Shown: piece after piece, positions 11,963 through 22,340 of the stretch | Numbering within the stretch: the first letter of the stretch is position 1 | Layout of the letters: the number at the start of each line of letters is the position of its first letter | Source of the DNA: Podarcis bocagei | Lineage: Eukaryota | Direction: 5' to 3' (one strand) | DNA: 64,000 nucleotides | NCBI GenBank assembly: GCA_964188305.1 | Contig: OZ076888.1 | Made by a program: the position numbers and the translations under genes | Notes under the pieces: model-generated | What the model was told of the DNA's origin: nothing | Databases searched by the model: none | What the model saw: the letters and a program-made list of their open reading frames with translations, nothing else

Positions 11963-11978
11963 GCCACTAGAGGGAGCT
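11963..11978 (+). promoter_or_regulatory. CTCF-like motif
   Basis: GCCACTAGAGGGAGCT. Confidence 0.5.
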
Positions 11979-12257
11979 CTGAGCTAGCACATTGTTGAAA
12001 CTCATTCCCAAGATTGCTTCTGGGAAGCCCAAGGAAAAGAGGGGGGCACTAATCTTCGCGCAGAGAGGGACAAATGAAACTAGGGCAGGGAGAGGATTGC
12101 TTAATAGCCTGATGCAGCAGCCACCCTGAAACGGGTTTCTTTTTGCCAAGACCGCTAAGGGCAGGATTACTTATCACTTATCAGGAATCCTATAAACTAA
12201 TAAAGACTTCCACCTACAAGCATGCAATTCAGCCCTATGCATATTGAATTGTGTTCA

Positions 12258-12259
<2 letters not shown>

Positions 12260-12299
<40 letters not shown>
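12260..12299. repeat. (TG)n microsatellite
   Basis: Seen directly. Confidence 0.95.
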
Positions 12300-12302
<3 letters not shown>

Positions 12303-13051
12303 ATTCTCGTGTGTCTAGGACTGCAACCTTAAAATGCTTTATTAAAATGTTTAAGGATAGCATTCTGATTAAAATGGCTCAGTCTGCAGATAGGTCCACT
12401 GTCTGTATTCTCTTAGATTTTCCTGTCAAGGGTCACACTCCCTTGGGAGTAATCTGTTGGGGGCCACTTACAAACGGTGGACAGTGCTGAAACCAGCAAT
12501 GGGCAGAAGCAGAGCCCAATGTGGGGTGGCTACCCATTTTCTTGCACTCTTTCTGTAACACCAGCACCACACTGTATCTCTGACATGCCTTGTTCTCTGT
12601 CCCCCCCTCCCAGCCTGACTCTTGAAATCTGAACCGATTGCTGCTGGGGCCACACATTGCCCACCTGAAGCCAGGACCAAACAATTGATGAGGGATAGGA
12701 GTCCAACTTTGGGTCAGGGAGGGGGAACCACCTTTGGCCTGTGGCCCAGTTTTGACCTGCCAGGCCTCCCCATTTTCCCCAAATGAACACCTGCTTCACA
12801 TCTGGTACAGCTGAAGATCCCAACAGAAAGCCAGATTGAACCCCCCAGCCATCCATTGATGCCCAGGCAGTTCAATTCTGCTTATTCTGGGAAAGAGTTC
12901 CTTACGGAAAGCAGGATTAAACTCCCCACCCATCCTAGAGCAACAAAGAGTAGTAACGGGGATCAGGGGATCTGTTGCTGCTTCAAACTGAATAGCAAGA
13001 TGGGGCTCCCATTTGATCTCTGATGATGGTTACTTTCCCCCCAATACACAG

Positions 13052-13143
13052 TACATCCAAGAAAGTGGAGTGGAAGATCTGGTGAGGCCACTCCTGGCGA
13101 TTCTCGACCGGCCTGAAAAGTTGCTTCTCCTCAGAGATATCAG
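13052..13143 (+). CDS. PDZD7: PDZD7 coding exon (HNL domain)
   Basis: cacag/gtagga; 92 nt; YIQESGVEDLVRPLLAILDRPEKLLLLRDIR. Absent from the ORF track but read directly from the sequence. Confidence 0.95.
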
Positions 13144-13388
13144 GTAGGAACAGGAAGCAATAAACTGTGGGAGGCTGAACTGCACCCCTAAACTCAGAGG
13201 GTGGGGAGAGGGAGCACAGGAGAGAAGCGCACATCACGCCAGCCTTGCCCAGGGTGACCATTGCTTCCTTCTGGTGCTCTTCGGTTATTTGCCATGTTCT
13301 CCCCCCAAAACAGCTGCATTGCATGAGCAGAGAGTTGAGCCACCAGACACCCATGAGTCTTCTCTCCACTTTTTTTTTTTTTTTACAG

Positions 13389-13480
13389 GAGTGTGATCAC
13401 CCCCACGGATCTGGGCCGTTTTGACAGTATGGTTGTGCCAGTGGAGCTCGAAGCCTATGATGCCCTGAAGAGCAGAACAG
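13389..13480 (+). CDS. PDZD7: PDZD7 coding exon (HNL domain end)
   Basis: Poly-T-acag/gtgggg; 92 nt; [30 protein letters not shown]. Confidence 0.95.
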
Positions 13481-13785
13481 GTGGGGAAGGAACCAGCAAG
13501 GATTGCAGGTGGAAGAAGGAGGGGGCGATGGATTGGGGGGGGCTTGTCAAAGCTCTCTTTCATTTTATGGGTGCTAGAAGCAGTTGGTGGAAAACATTCC
13601 TATTCAAAAGGGTTGCCACGAGGAAAGGATCATTTCAGTCTATTTATTTGTCCTGAAAAGAAAGCAAATGGGGTAATATGGGGAGAGCTCAGCTGAATCA
13701 ACATTTCTTGCAAACCATTTGAATATTTATTCCAAATGACTGTTGATTTTTCTGCTCAGTTCTTCTTGGCACCAAGAGACAAAAT

Positions 13786-13923
13786 CATGGGTGAAGCCAG
13801 GATTTATATTGCGGGGAGGTGCAGGCTTCATGTTAGGGGGCAGAAACTTAGTTAAGTATTTTTATTGATTTGCTTGATTTAGGGGGGGCAGCTGCCCCCC
13901 TGCCCTCCTTGGCTACACCCATG
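13786..13923. mobile_element. hAT-type MITE
   Basis: Imperfect TIR CATGGGTGAAGCCAGG / CCTTGGCTACACCCATG; TSD GACAAAAT/GGCAAAAT. Confidence 0.7.
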
Positions 13924-14550
13924 GGCAAAATGGATGTTGTGCCATTCATGCAACTAGCAATTGCCCCGTGCAGTGTGAGAAAAGTGGCAGTGGACCCTTT
14001 GACTATCTAGGGGCCCCAGCCAGTTCCTTGGCTTGCCAGTCTCCATTGCCGGTTGTGCCCTCAACCTATCCTGAGTGCCAGCAACTGAGCCTGGAGTTGC
14101 GTAAAGCAGGGAAGGGAAACATGTGGTCCTCCAAGATGGGGCTGGGCTCCAACGCCCAAGATCCAAGATCCTTGGCCACGGTGGCTGAGGCTGATGGAAC
14201 GTGGAGTCCAGCAATATCTGGAAGGCCTCAGGTTCCCTCATCCTTAATGCAAAGTACGAGGGAGTTTCTGAACATGTACATAGCACATCCTCCTTCATCA
14301 CAGAGTGTGAGCTTAGCTTTGGGTATGTATGTATATATACATACATACATAATACTCTTATAGGAGTAGGGTGAATAAGCCTTCTATAGAAGAATAAGGC
14401 CTGGCTTCCGAAGCCCCGGAAGCTCCTTTTTCTCTAGAAATTAACCTCTGAGGGGAAAGTAGCCAGGTAGAAAGGCTGGCCACCATGCCACCCAAGATCA
14501 CTGTGCAAAAGAAAATGAAGTTCAATTTGTCCACCTTTCTCTCTTCACAG

Positions 14551-14622
14551 TGAGGTCACCTGCTCTCCGCCCAGCACAGCAAGAAACACCTCCCAAGAGA
14601 CATCTCATCACCCCAGTGCCTG
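14551..14622 (+). CDS. PDZD7: PDZD7 coding exon
   Basis: ctcttcacag/gtgagt; 72 nt; [24 protein letters not shown]. Confidence 0.93.
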
Positions 14623-15007
14623 GTGAGTCCCCAGCCTTCATCCTTGGAGTCACACACACACCGTGCTTAAATGTAGCACCCCAAAATATTGTACTTGGGA
14701 ATCGATGTGGGGGGAAAGACTTTGAGTTTGAGTTTGGGAGTGAGTTATAATACAGATGGCATGAATGTGTACATTTCATTTCATTTGCAAGAGATGTTCT
14801 GGGTGCAGCGTTGAGGTTTTTGGCCAAGGAGGGATTCGGGCCCAAATATCTGGCACCTCTGGTTCAGTTAACTCAGGCAGCAGGGCTGGTGAAAATCTTC
14901 TGTGAGCCTCTGCTCATAGGGAGAGATGGTGCTCAGCAAAGAGGGGACCATTGGACTGACTTGCTTTAACCCAGCTCCTTACCTAGAACGGCACATAGGT
15001 ATTATGG

Positions 15008-15255
15008 CATGGGTAGGCAAACTAAGGCCTGGGGGCCAGAATTGGCCCAATCGCCTTCTAAATCCGGCCCGCGGACGGTCTGGGAATCAGCATGTTTTTA
15101 CATGAATAGAATGTGTGTTTTTATTTAAAATGCATCTCTGGGTTATTTGTGGGGCATAGGAATTCGTTCACCCCCCTCCAAAATATAGTCCGGCCCCCCA
15201 CAAGATCTGAGGGACAATGGACCGGCTCCCTGTTGAAAAAGCTTGTTGACCCCTG
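15008..15255. mobile_element. hAT (Charlie-like) MITE, copy 1
   Basis: Ends CATGGGTAGGCAAAC...GTTGACCCCTG; exact 8-bp TSD TATTATGG; ggccc subterminal repeats. Confidence 0.85.
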
Positions 15256-15816
15256 TATTATGGTAACCAATGGCAAGGGCCATATTTGTGATTCCTGCTA
15301 ACACACACACAATCCTCCAAAAAATCTCAGCCGAGGAAACGCAGTCGAGACAATTAACCGTTTCTTTTGTATTCAGTATTGCAACATTAACTCAAAATGT
15401 TATGTTTTGAACAAGGTTGAAGTTGGTTGCCATTTCACAAATCCTTATCTGCATGGAAGTTCCAATGCAACCAAGGAACTGGGAACTATTAGCCAACTTC
15501 AGCCACACATTTCCAGTCCTTTCCACAAGTTAGGAACAGAGGAAGCTGCCTAAAACCCAGACCATAGGTGTAGAAACAGCTTGCTGTTGACTGGAAGCAG
15601 TTCTCACAGGTGTCAGGCAGGGAACATTCCTAACCAGGGATTGAACCTGAGACCTGCATGCAGGCAAATGCTCTCCCATAGAGCTATGGTTCCTTCCAAG
15701 TTCACTTTAGGCATTCAGATATTAGACCCTTCTCACCTAGTTGTTTCCCCTTTTTCTGAGGATTGCTAGGACAGGGCTGCTCGGGTGATGGTCACATCCT
15801 GTGACTCTGGTTTCAG

Positions 15817-16410
15817 ATTTCCGGGGCAGCTTCCTCCTGAAGCCAGTGACCAGCGAGGAGAAAGGAGGGGAGGCAGAGGAAGCAGCAGCAGCAGCGCTGA
15901 AGGATAGGATGAAAGGCCTGCAGCTCTCGACCAGCCCTAGACGGACTCACCCCCGAGGCTATACCCCTCTTCCCGACGTGCCAGTGGATGCCTACGCCTC
16001 CCACAGCATCTCCGCCTCAACTGCTGGGGGCGGTGGGCAGCCCCACTGGTTCCTAAGCAAGCCCGCAAAAATGTCAGCAAGCCCCACGCGAGCAGCACCC
16101 CTTCGGGAAGAGGCGGGGCAACCCCAAGAGCAAGGGGGTGGGCGGCCTGGCCGAGGGAGGCCTCGCACGCCCAAGTCAAGCCATGGCAAAGCCACAGTCT
16201 GGGGGCCACATGGGGAAGTCCAGCCTGCCAAGGACACCCTGTACTCTGCGGTCAACAGGCCCCGAAGAGGTAGGCCCCAGCTGAAGCAGCTCTTCAAGGA
16301 CGCCCCGGCCGCTGACCAAGAGGGCCTGCTCCAAAATGGCCCCAGTGATGTCCTGGAGGAGGAATATGAGCTGCTGACGGTCAACCTGTCCAAGAGCAAA
16401 CAGTCTCTGG
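15817..16410 (+). CDS. PDZD7: PDZD7 coding exon (Pro-rich region and start of PDZ3)
   Basis: tttcag/gtaagt; 594 nt, phase 1/1; DFRGSFLLKPV...YTPLPDVPVDAY...ELLTVNLSKSKQSL. Confidence 0.9.
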
Positions 16411-17361
16411 GTAAGTTAAAGGCACCACTGACAGCCCTGGAAATGGAAGCAAAGGTCCCAGCCCTTCCCCCTGGGTGCTTTGCGTACAGCTGAGGAAACA
16501 GTTCTCTGACTATTACGAAGTGAGTAATCTCGGGCTACCGAAAGGAACAGATCTGAGATTTTAGGCTTCAATTCATTGGAAGGTATCAACGGGAGGGGGG
16601 TCACATATACATAGCCCTTCCTGTCACCTCCAGCAAAGTGGACAGCAGCTACAGACTTCCTTCAGTCTGGGAGGGACATCGCAATGGTTTGCCACCCAGG
16701 CTGCTTGTGTTCCCCTGTATTGGCTTGGACTGTACTTCCCATTTCCCTAGAACAGGAGAAGGGAGATTGGACTCGACTCCCATCAGCCCCAGCCAGTGTG
16801 GCCAATGGTGAAGGAGGACAGGAGCTGTAGTTCAGTAACATCTGGAAGGCTGAAGGACCTCTCCTTCTCCTGCCCAAGGATGACAAGGGAAAGTTCAGAA
16901 ACCTCTCTGATTTTTTCAGCAGGACTACCCTGCTTTGGAGGACTGGTAAACAAGGTGGTGAACACCCGCTTAGAATTAGGTCTCATCCACACCATACCTT
17001 TAAAGCACTATTATGCCACTTTCAGCAGTCATGGAGAAGTCCAATTGCTGTGAGGAAAGAGAAACGAGTCTTTTGTTCCAGCAGCAAAATATTTTGGCTT
17101 GGTCCTGCTACCTCACAAGGCCAGGACACCAAATTGGAAGACCATGTGCTTAAGGAGTCTGCAGGCCTATTGTTTTCCCGAATTGCCAGCAAGCGAAGCA
17201 TGTGCGCCACTCTCTGGCACCACCTGCTGTTCCAGGCTGTTGGCTCACCTGGTGCTCCTGTTCTCCAGACAGGGAGGATGGTATTGGCAGTGGATTGTAT
17301 TGGCTCAGTCACTTTTCCAACTTACTCCCGAGTGCTCACAGAGAACTACTTTGTTTTCCAG

Positions 17362-17462
17362 GGATCAGTATTTCCGGTGGGATAGAGTCCAAATTGCAGC
17401 CAATGGTGAAGATTGAAAAGATTTTTCCGGGGGGAGCAGCATCCCTGAGTGGAGATCTGGAG
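17362..17462 (+). CDS. PDZD7: PDZD7 coding exon (PDZ3)
   Basis: ttccag/gtaagc; 101 nt; [34 protein letters not shown]. Confidence 0.95.
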
Positions 17463-19189
17463 GTAAGCAGAGCAGCAAAGCAAGGCTGGCTTTCAGCGGC
17501 ACCAGCTCCATACAGAGGCTAGGTACCCCCCACCCACAAACCTTGTTTCTCTACTTAGCAGCTGAGTATTACGATCCGCCCATGGCCCACTCGTACACCC
17601 AGAGCAAAGCACTACTCAGTCTGGTCTGGGCCAGCCTATCTCAACCTTGGGTCCCCAGCTGTTATTAGACTACAACTCCCACCATCCCAAGCTAGCAGGA
17701 ACAGTGGCCAGGGATGGTGGAAGTTGTAGTCCAACATCTGGGGGCCCAAGGTGGAGAAAGTCTGGTCCAGGAAGCCAATGTAGTGTGTGCTCTCCATGTT
17801 ACAGGACTATAACTCCCATCAGCCCAAGTCACCATGGCTCAATGGTTAGGGATGGTGTGAGGGCAACAGCACATGGAGTGCAGCACATGGGCTGTCCCTA
17901 GTGTAGCTGATCTTTGCATAGCCATTATATATTTCTTCTCAGCTTGCCCACAGCAACATACACAGCTTCTGCAGCATGCAGCAAACAACACTTACTCTGT
18001 GCATTTTCAATAGGATTTGTGCAGTTGCTTCAGCAGTATTTGCACACCCAGCTCCTCCCCCCCCCCACATAACCCACCAGCAGAGGAGGACAGCACCCTC
18101 CCTCCTATCCCCCATACTAGCAGGGAAGCAACTTGGCCAAGGTCACCCAGGGGAGTCTGTCATAGAGCAGGCAGCAATCTCTCTCCTTCCCTAATCCCTA
18201 TACTCTCGCTTTGCTGTCTCTACAGTCTGTTCTTCCTCTATCCTCCTCCCATCAAAGCAGCCTGTCCCTCTACACCACTGTTCATGCAGCCTTAATCCTA
18301 TGCAAGCTTACTCAAAAGTAACTCCTCCCGAGTGCAAGGGAGCTTAATCCCCAAAGATGAACAGGACTGTAGCTTCTGTGTGGAATTGCGACACATAGAA
18401 CCTACTAAATTTATTCCTCTGTTCCTATTGCTATGAATTAATAAATTGCTTTCAATGCAAGCACACTTTTACTGTACAACTGAAAAAGACTGCATGGAGG
18501 AATCTATTGCAGCTTGTAGGATCTTGATGAAACCATTGTAATCTAAAAAGCATGGTGCATAAGTGGGATTAATGTGGAAGAAGTAAAAAAAGAGAGACAG
18601 AGAGATTTCAGCCAGTCAAATCCATATACAGGAAGGTAATATAACAATCCTACAAGTGTGCCATATCATATCCCTTTGCTAGGGAGGGAGACCTTAATCA
18701 GCAAAGCCTGGATCTATTTATTCATTAATCAATGACATTTTTATCCTACTTTTTTGTCCCAGTATGAGGACACCCTGGGTTATGCTAGCAAAACAGGATT
18801 TTCCCATAATCCACAACTAGGGTTCAAGGCATCTCTACAAAACAGACCCACCTTATTCCAGAGTATTTATGTCTCAGAGTCCATCACCACAGGACTGGGA
18901 TGGGATCACTAGATCACAAGCAGGGGAATCCCAAGTGAGCCACACTGATCCCTGTGTTTGCGAAAGAGTGATCAAAGCTTTCTAAGAAGCCACCAACTCA
19001 TGTTGAGCAAGCCAATCTCGTGGCTCCCAAACAAGAGAGTGTGCCGTGGTGGCCAGGAATCTCACCCCCACCCCACCCACTTGCATTGCCCCTTCCATGG
19101 CAAAGGGGTTGCGCCTCCCATCTGACATCCCCACAGCCCAACCTCCCTGCGCGGTTTCACCCTTTTAAGACATCCGCCCCCTCCCCACC

Positions 19190-19620
19190 AAGTAAGCGCT
19201 CATTGTGCTTTGTCCTATAATGAGGCCGAGGGCCCCAGCGGCAGGCATACACACCCCATTGTGCCATTCAGGGTTCCCCACGGTTCAGGGCGCTGTGCGG
19301 CATTTCACAAGGCCTGCGTAATGAGGCCGGGCGCTGACAAAGAACCATTGTGGGCCTTGGCCCGCCCGCCCGCCCACCAGGCAACTCTTCATCTGTCCCC
19401 GGGAGCAGCTGTAATTAGATTTCCCCCTCGGTGGCCTCTTCGCTGAGAGGATGGCAGGCCCAGATTGCCAGGTGGCTCTGGAGGGGGGAAGCCTAATGGT
19501 CCCCCAGGTTGCTGTGGCGGGGAGAAACGGTCAATGGCTGGCTAGAGGCACAGGTGACACTCCTCTGCGATATTTATGGAGGGCGGCTGGTGGTGGAGGG
19601 TGTTGACCTAAGGCTTGCCA
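19190..19620. promoter_or_regulatory. Candidate conserved enhancer in the PDZD7 last intron
   Basis: Non-repetitive, CpG-retaining stretch with clustered SOX motifs (CATTGT, CTTTGT, ACAAAG) and TAAT motifs. Confidence 0.5.
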
Positions 19621-20816
19621 GTTTCTTCAAAGCTCCCTTCTCTGCCGCCAGACCACCTCCCTGCCAAGCCCAGAGACAGGAGTCTCTCTCCCTCCTTCCC
19701 TCTCTCTCTCTCTCCAGCTTAGCTTTTGCATTACTGCTATACACAGGGATCCAGCTATTCTGTTAACTCAGGATGCAATATCCAGCTTGGCATTGTCGCT
19801 TGACATGTAACTGAACTATGGGACTCTCTCCAACAGGAGGCTGTGATGGCCACCAGTTGGGATGGCTTTTAAAGACAAGTCAACAAAACCAATGACCACT
19901 AGCCATAGTCAGAGGCAGTTGTGGTTCTCAACACAAGTTGCTGGGAATTGCAGAAGGGGCGTGCTCTTGCCCTTGGGTCCTCCCTGCCTGGCTATTGTGA
20001 GAACAGGGTGATGGGCTAGATGATCCAGCAGACTGTTCTTATGTTCTTGTGGCATTGCTGGGCATCTGCTAAGGTCCACATCTGATGCCCACTGAAGGCA
20101 ATGGGAGAGGCAAGTTATTGGGCAGCAACAACTGCAGTGAGAAAGAGGTCTCATTCAGGGGAGGGAACTCACAGAGGGCATCAAATCCAAGGAACCAGCA
20201 CTGAAGAATATGTGCAGTATTCCCTGCCTGGTGATCACTAGATGTTTGGGATTACACCTACCAAGATGGCCAAAGGTCAGGGATGATGGAAGTTGTATTC
20301 CACAACATCTGGAGGACAGCATGTTGGCTGCTCCTGTTTTAGACTGTAATATCCATCAGCCCCAGTCAGCATGCTAGCTGGGGCTGACGGGTGTAGCCCA
20401 AAACATCTGGATGGTTAAGGAAGGCTGATATACAGAGTACCAAGGGGCATAGCAAAGATGCTTACACAAGTGAGACACAAGAAAGGTAGGTTAGCTGAGG
20501 GGCTTGTTCCGTGCAGCGTCACCATAGCTAAGACAGCTTGGTTCCCATGTATAGTTGGTGACTCTAGCTCTGAAGTGCAGCTGCCCCTACCATACTTCTG
20601 CTCTAAGGAAGAGCTCCCTGGCAGATTTCAGACAGGGGTCTTTCCCAGCCCTACCTGAAGATGCCCAGGGTTGAACCTGGGACTTTCTGCATGGGAGGCA
20701 GATGCTCTGTCACTGAGCTACAGCTCTTCCTCTTGAGCTACATCTCTTCCCCGATATAATACATATAGGAATACTGGGCCTCCTTTTCTAACTCCTTTTG
20801 GGGTTTTTTTTGCTAG

Positions 20817-20963
20817 GCGGGCCAAGAGCTGGTTGCAGTGGAAGGGGAGAGTTTGCAGAACGTGACCCACCAGCGAGCTGTGGACATCATCCGCCAGGCC
20901 TATCGCAACAAAGCCAAGGAGCCCATGGAGATTGTGGTGAAGGTGCCGAAGAGAGCCAGGTAA
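20817..20963 (+). CDS. PDZD7: PDZD7 terminal coding exon (PDZ3 end and stop)
   Basis: tttgctag acceptor; [48 protein letters not shown] then TAA at 20961-20963. Confidence 0.92.
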   Translation, partial: AGQELVAVEGESLQNVTHQRAVDIIRQAYRNKAKEPMEIVVKVPKRAR

Positions 20964-22266
20964 TGCCGTGGACAAAGCGACACGTCCTGAAGAACGTGGC
21001 CAGCCTAGGCCTTCAAAGTGGCTGCAAGCCCCCACTGTCAGCAAAGGACCTGTTTATGATGGCTGCCTATTGCTCAGAAAGTTAGTGGTACCGCTGAAGC
21101 AAACTACTGGCTGGGTGAGTAAGAAGGGAAGCCACTTAGCAAGCAGGGGGCTTAAGGGAACATGTCAAGCTTCCTGTTTCCAGAAGAGCAGCAGGGAAGC
21201 GCAGGTGCACCTATCATAGGACCAGCCTCGACAGGAATCAGGTGTTCTGTTTCCAAAATCCACCAAGAAGATGCTTTCATGAGCAGCTGTAAGTGGGACA
21301 GCTGCAACCAAGACTAGTTGCTTTGCAACAAACTTCTTGCTGTAGTGAGCAGGTGTCAAAGTTGTTTTTGGCATATGGAACTTTGTACAGCTCTCATTTG
21401 AGTGGAGGTTTTCAGATAGCAGGATGTAGGGCTGGCACCTTTAAACCAGCCTGGCCACTTTTTGGACACTTGGCTAGTTCAGGTTGAGCACTTAGGCAAT
21501 GGCACTGTTTTAACACATCTGAACATCCGTCTGCAAGTGAGTTGTGGATTTTCTTCTCTCCTTTTGGAGAGACAACCGTCCGAGGGTCCACGAGATAATT
21601 AATGCAGGAAACAGGGCTTGATATATTCACTCAACACTTTCTTCCATTGAAACTCAAATGCTTAATCCATAGAGAAATAAGCAGGCAGCAGTCCCAGTAG
21701 GAGACGTATAGCAAAGCAAGCTGGTGGTCACTGTTTCCATCTAGCCTCAGAGCCGCTCTGCAATGGCCATGATGTTGCAAGCCAGCAAAAAAGAAGATCC
21801 TCTTCTCTGAACTCCACGTGGGGAGGACCTACAGAGGCTCTCTGGCCTGGAATCCTAATGTCTGTTTCAAAGCATCCCCCAGCTATTGCCTAATAGGGAA
21901 GATCTGCTAAAGGAAAGGGATAGGTCCCTGAACTGAAGTTGCTATTTTGGATCAGAGAGTGTCCATTTCCCAGGTGGATACATTCCCTATGGGGCATTTT
22001 TTAAAAGATGCTGCCACAAATGTTTTGCAAGCCACTGAGTGAAGGTGGCAATTGTGAACCAAGGTGCATTTGGACCCAGTTTTTATACAGCAACAAGAGG
22101 AAGGGTGTGCAAGTGCAAGACCACCAGCCCACCCACCTCTGCTTCTCATCCATCATCAGAACCACTCTACCCTATCTTCATCCTTCCATGCTCCACTACC
22201 TTCACCCATCAAACCACCAGGTGGCTTTTCTTAAAAAACACAGAAGTGGCTTTGTCGTCTTCTTTT

Positions 22267-22272
22267 TTTAAT
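22267..22272 (-). terminator. Candidate LZTS2 distal poly(A) signal ATTAAA
   Basis: tttaat on + strand. It follows a U-rich, TGTA-containing tract on the - strand, typical of a 3'UTR end. A proximal AATAAA also exists at 25232-25237 (-). Confidence 0.55.
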
Positions 22273-22334
22273 TCACACTTTTCTTTTGGTTTGTACAAGA
22301 AATTTACACAGCTTGGAAAATATACAATTTCAGA

Positions 22335-22340
22335 AATAAA
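22335..22340 (+). terminator. Candidate PDZD7 poly(A) signal AATAAA
   Basis: First AATAAA I found on the + strand after the PDZD7 stop codon. Confidence 0.45.
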
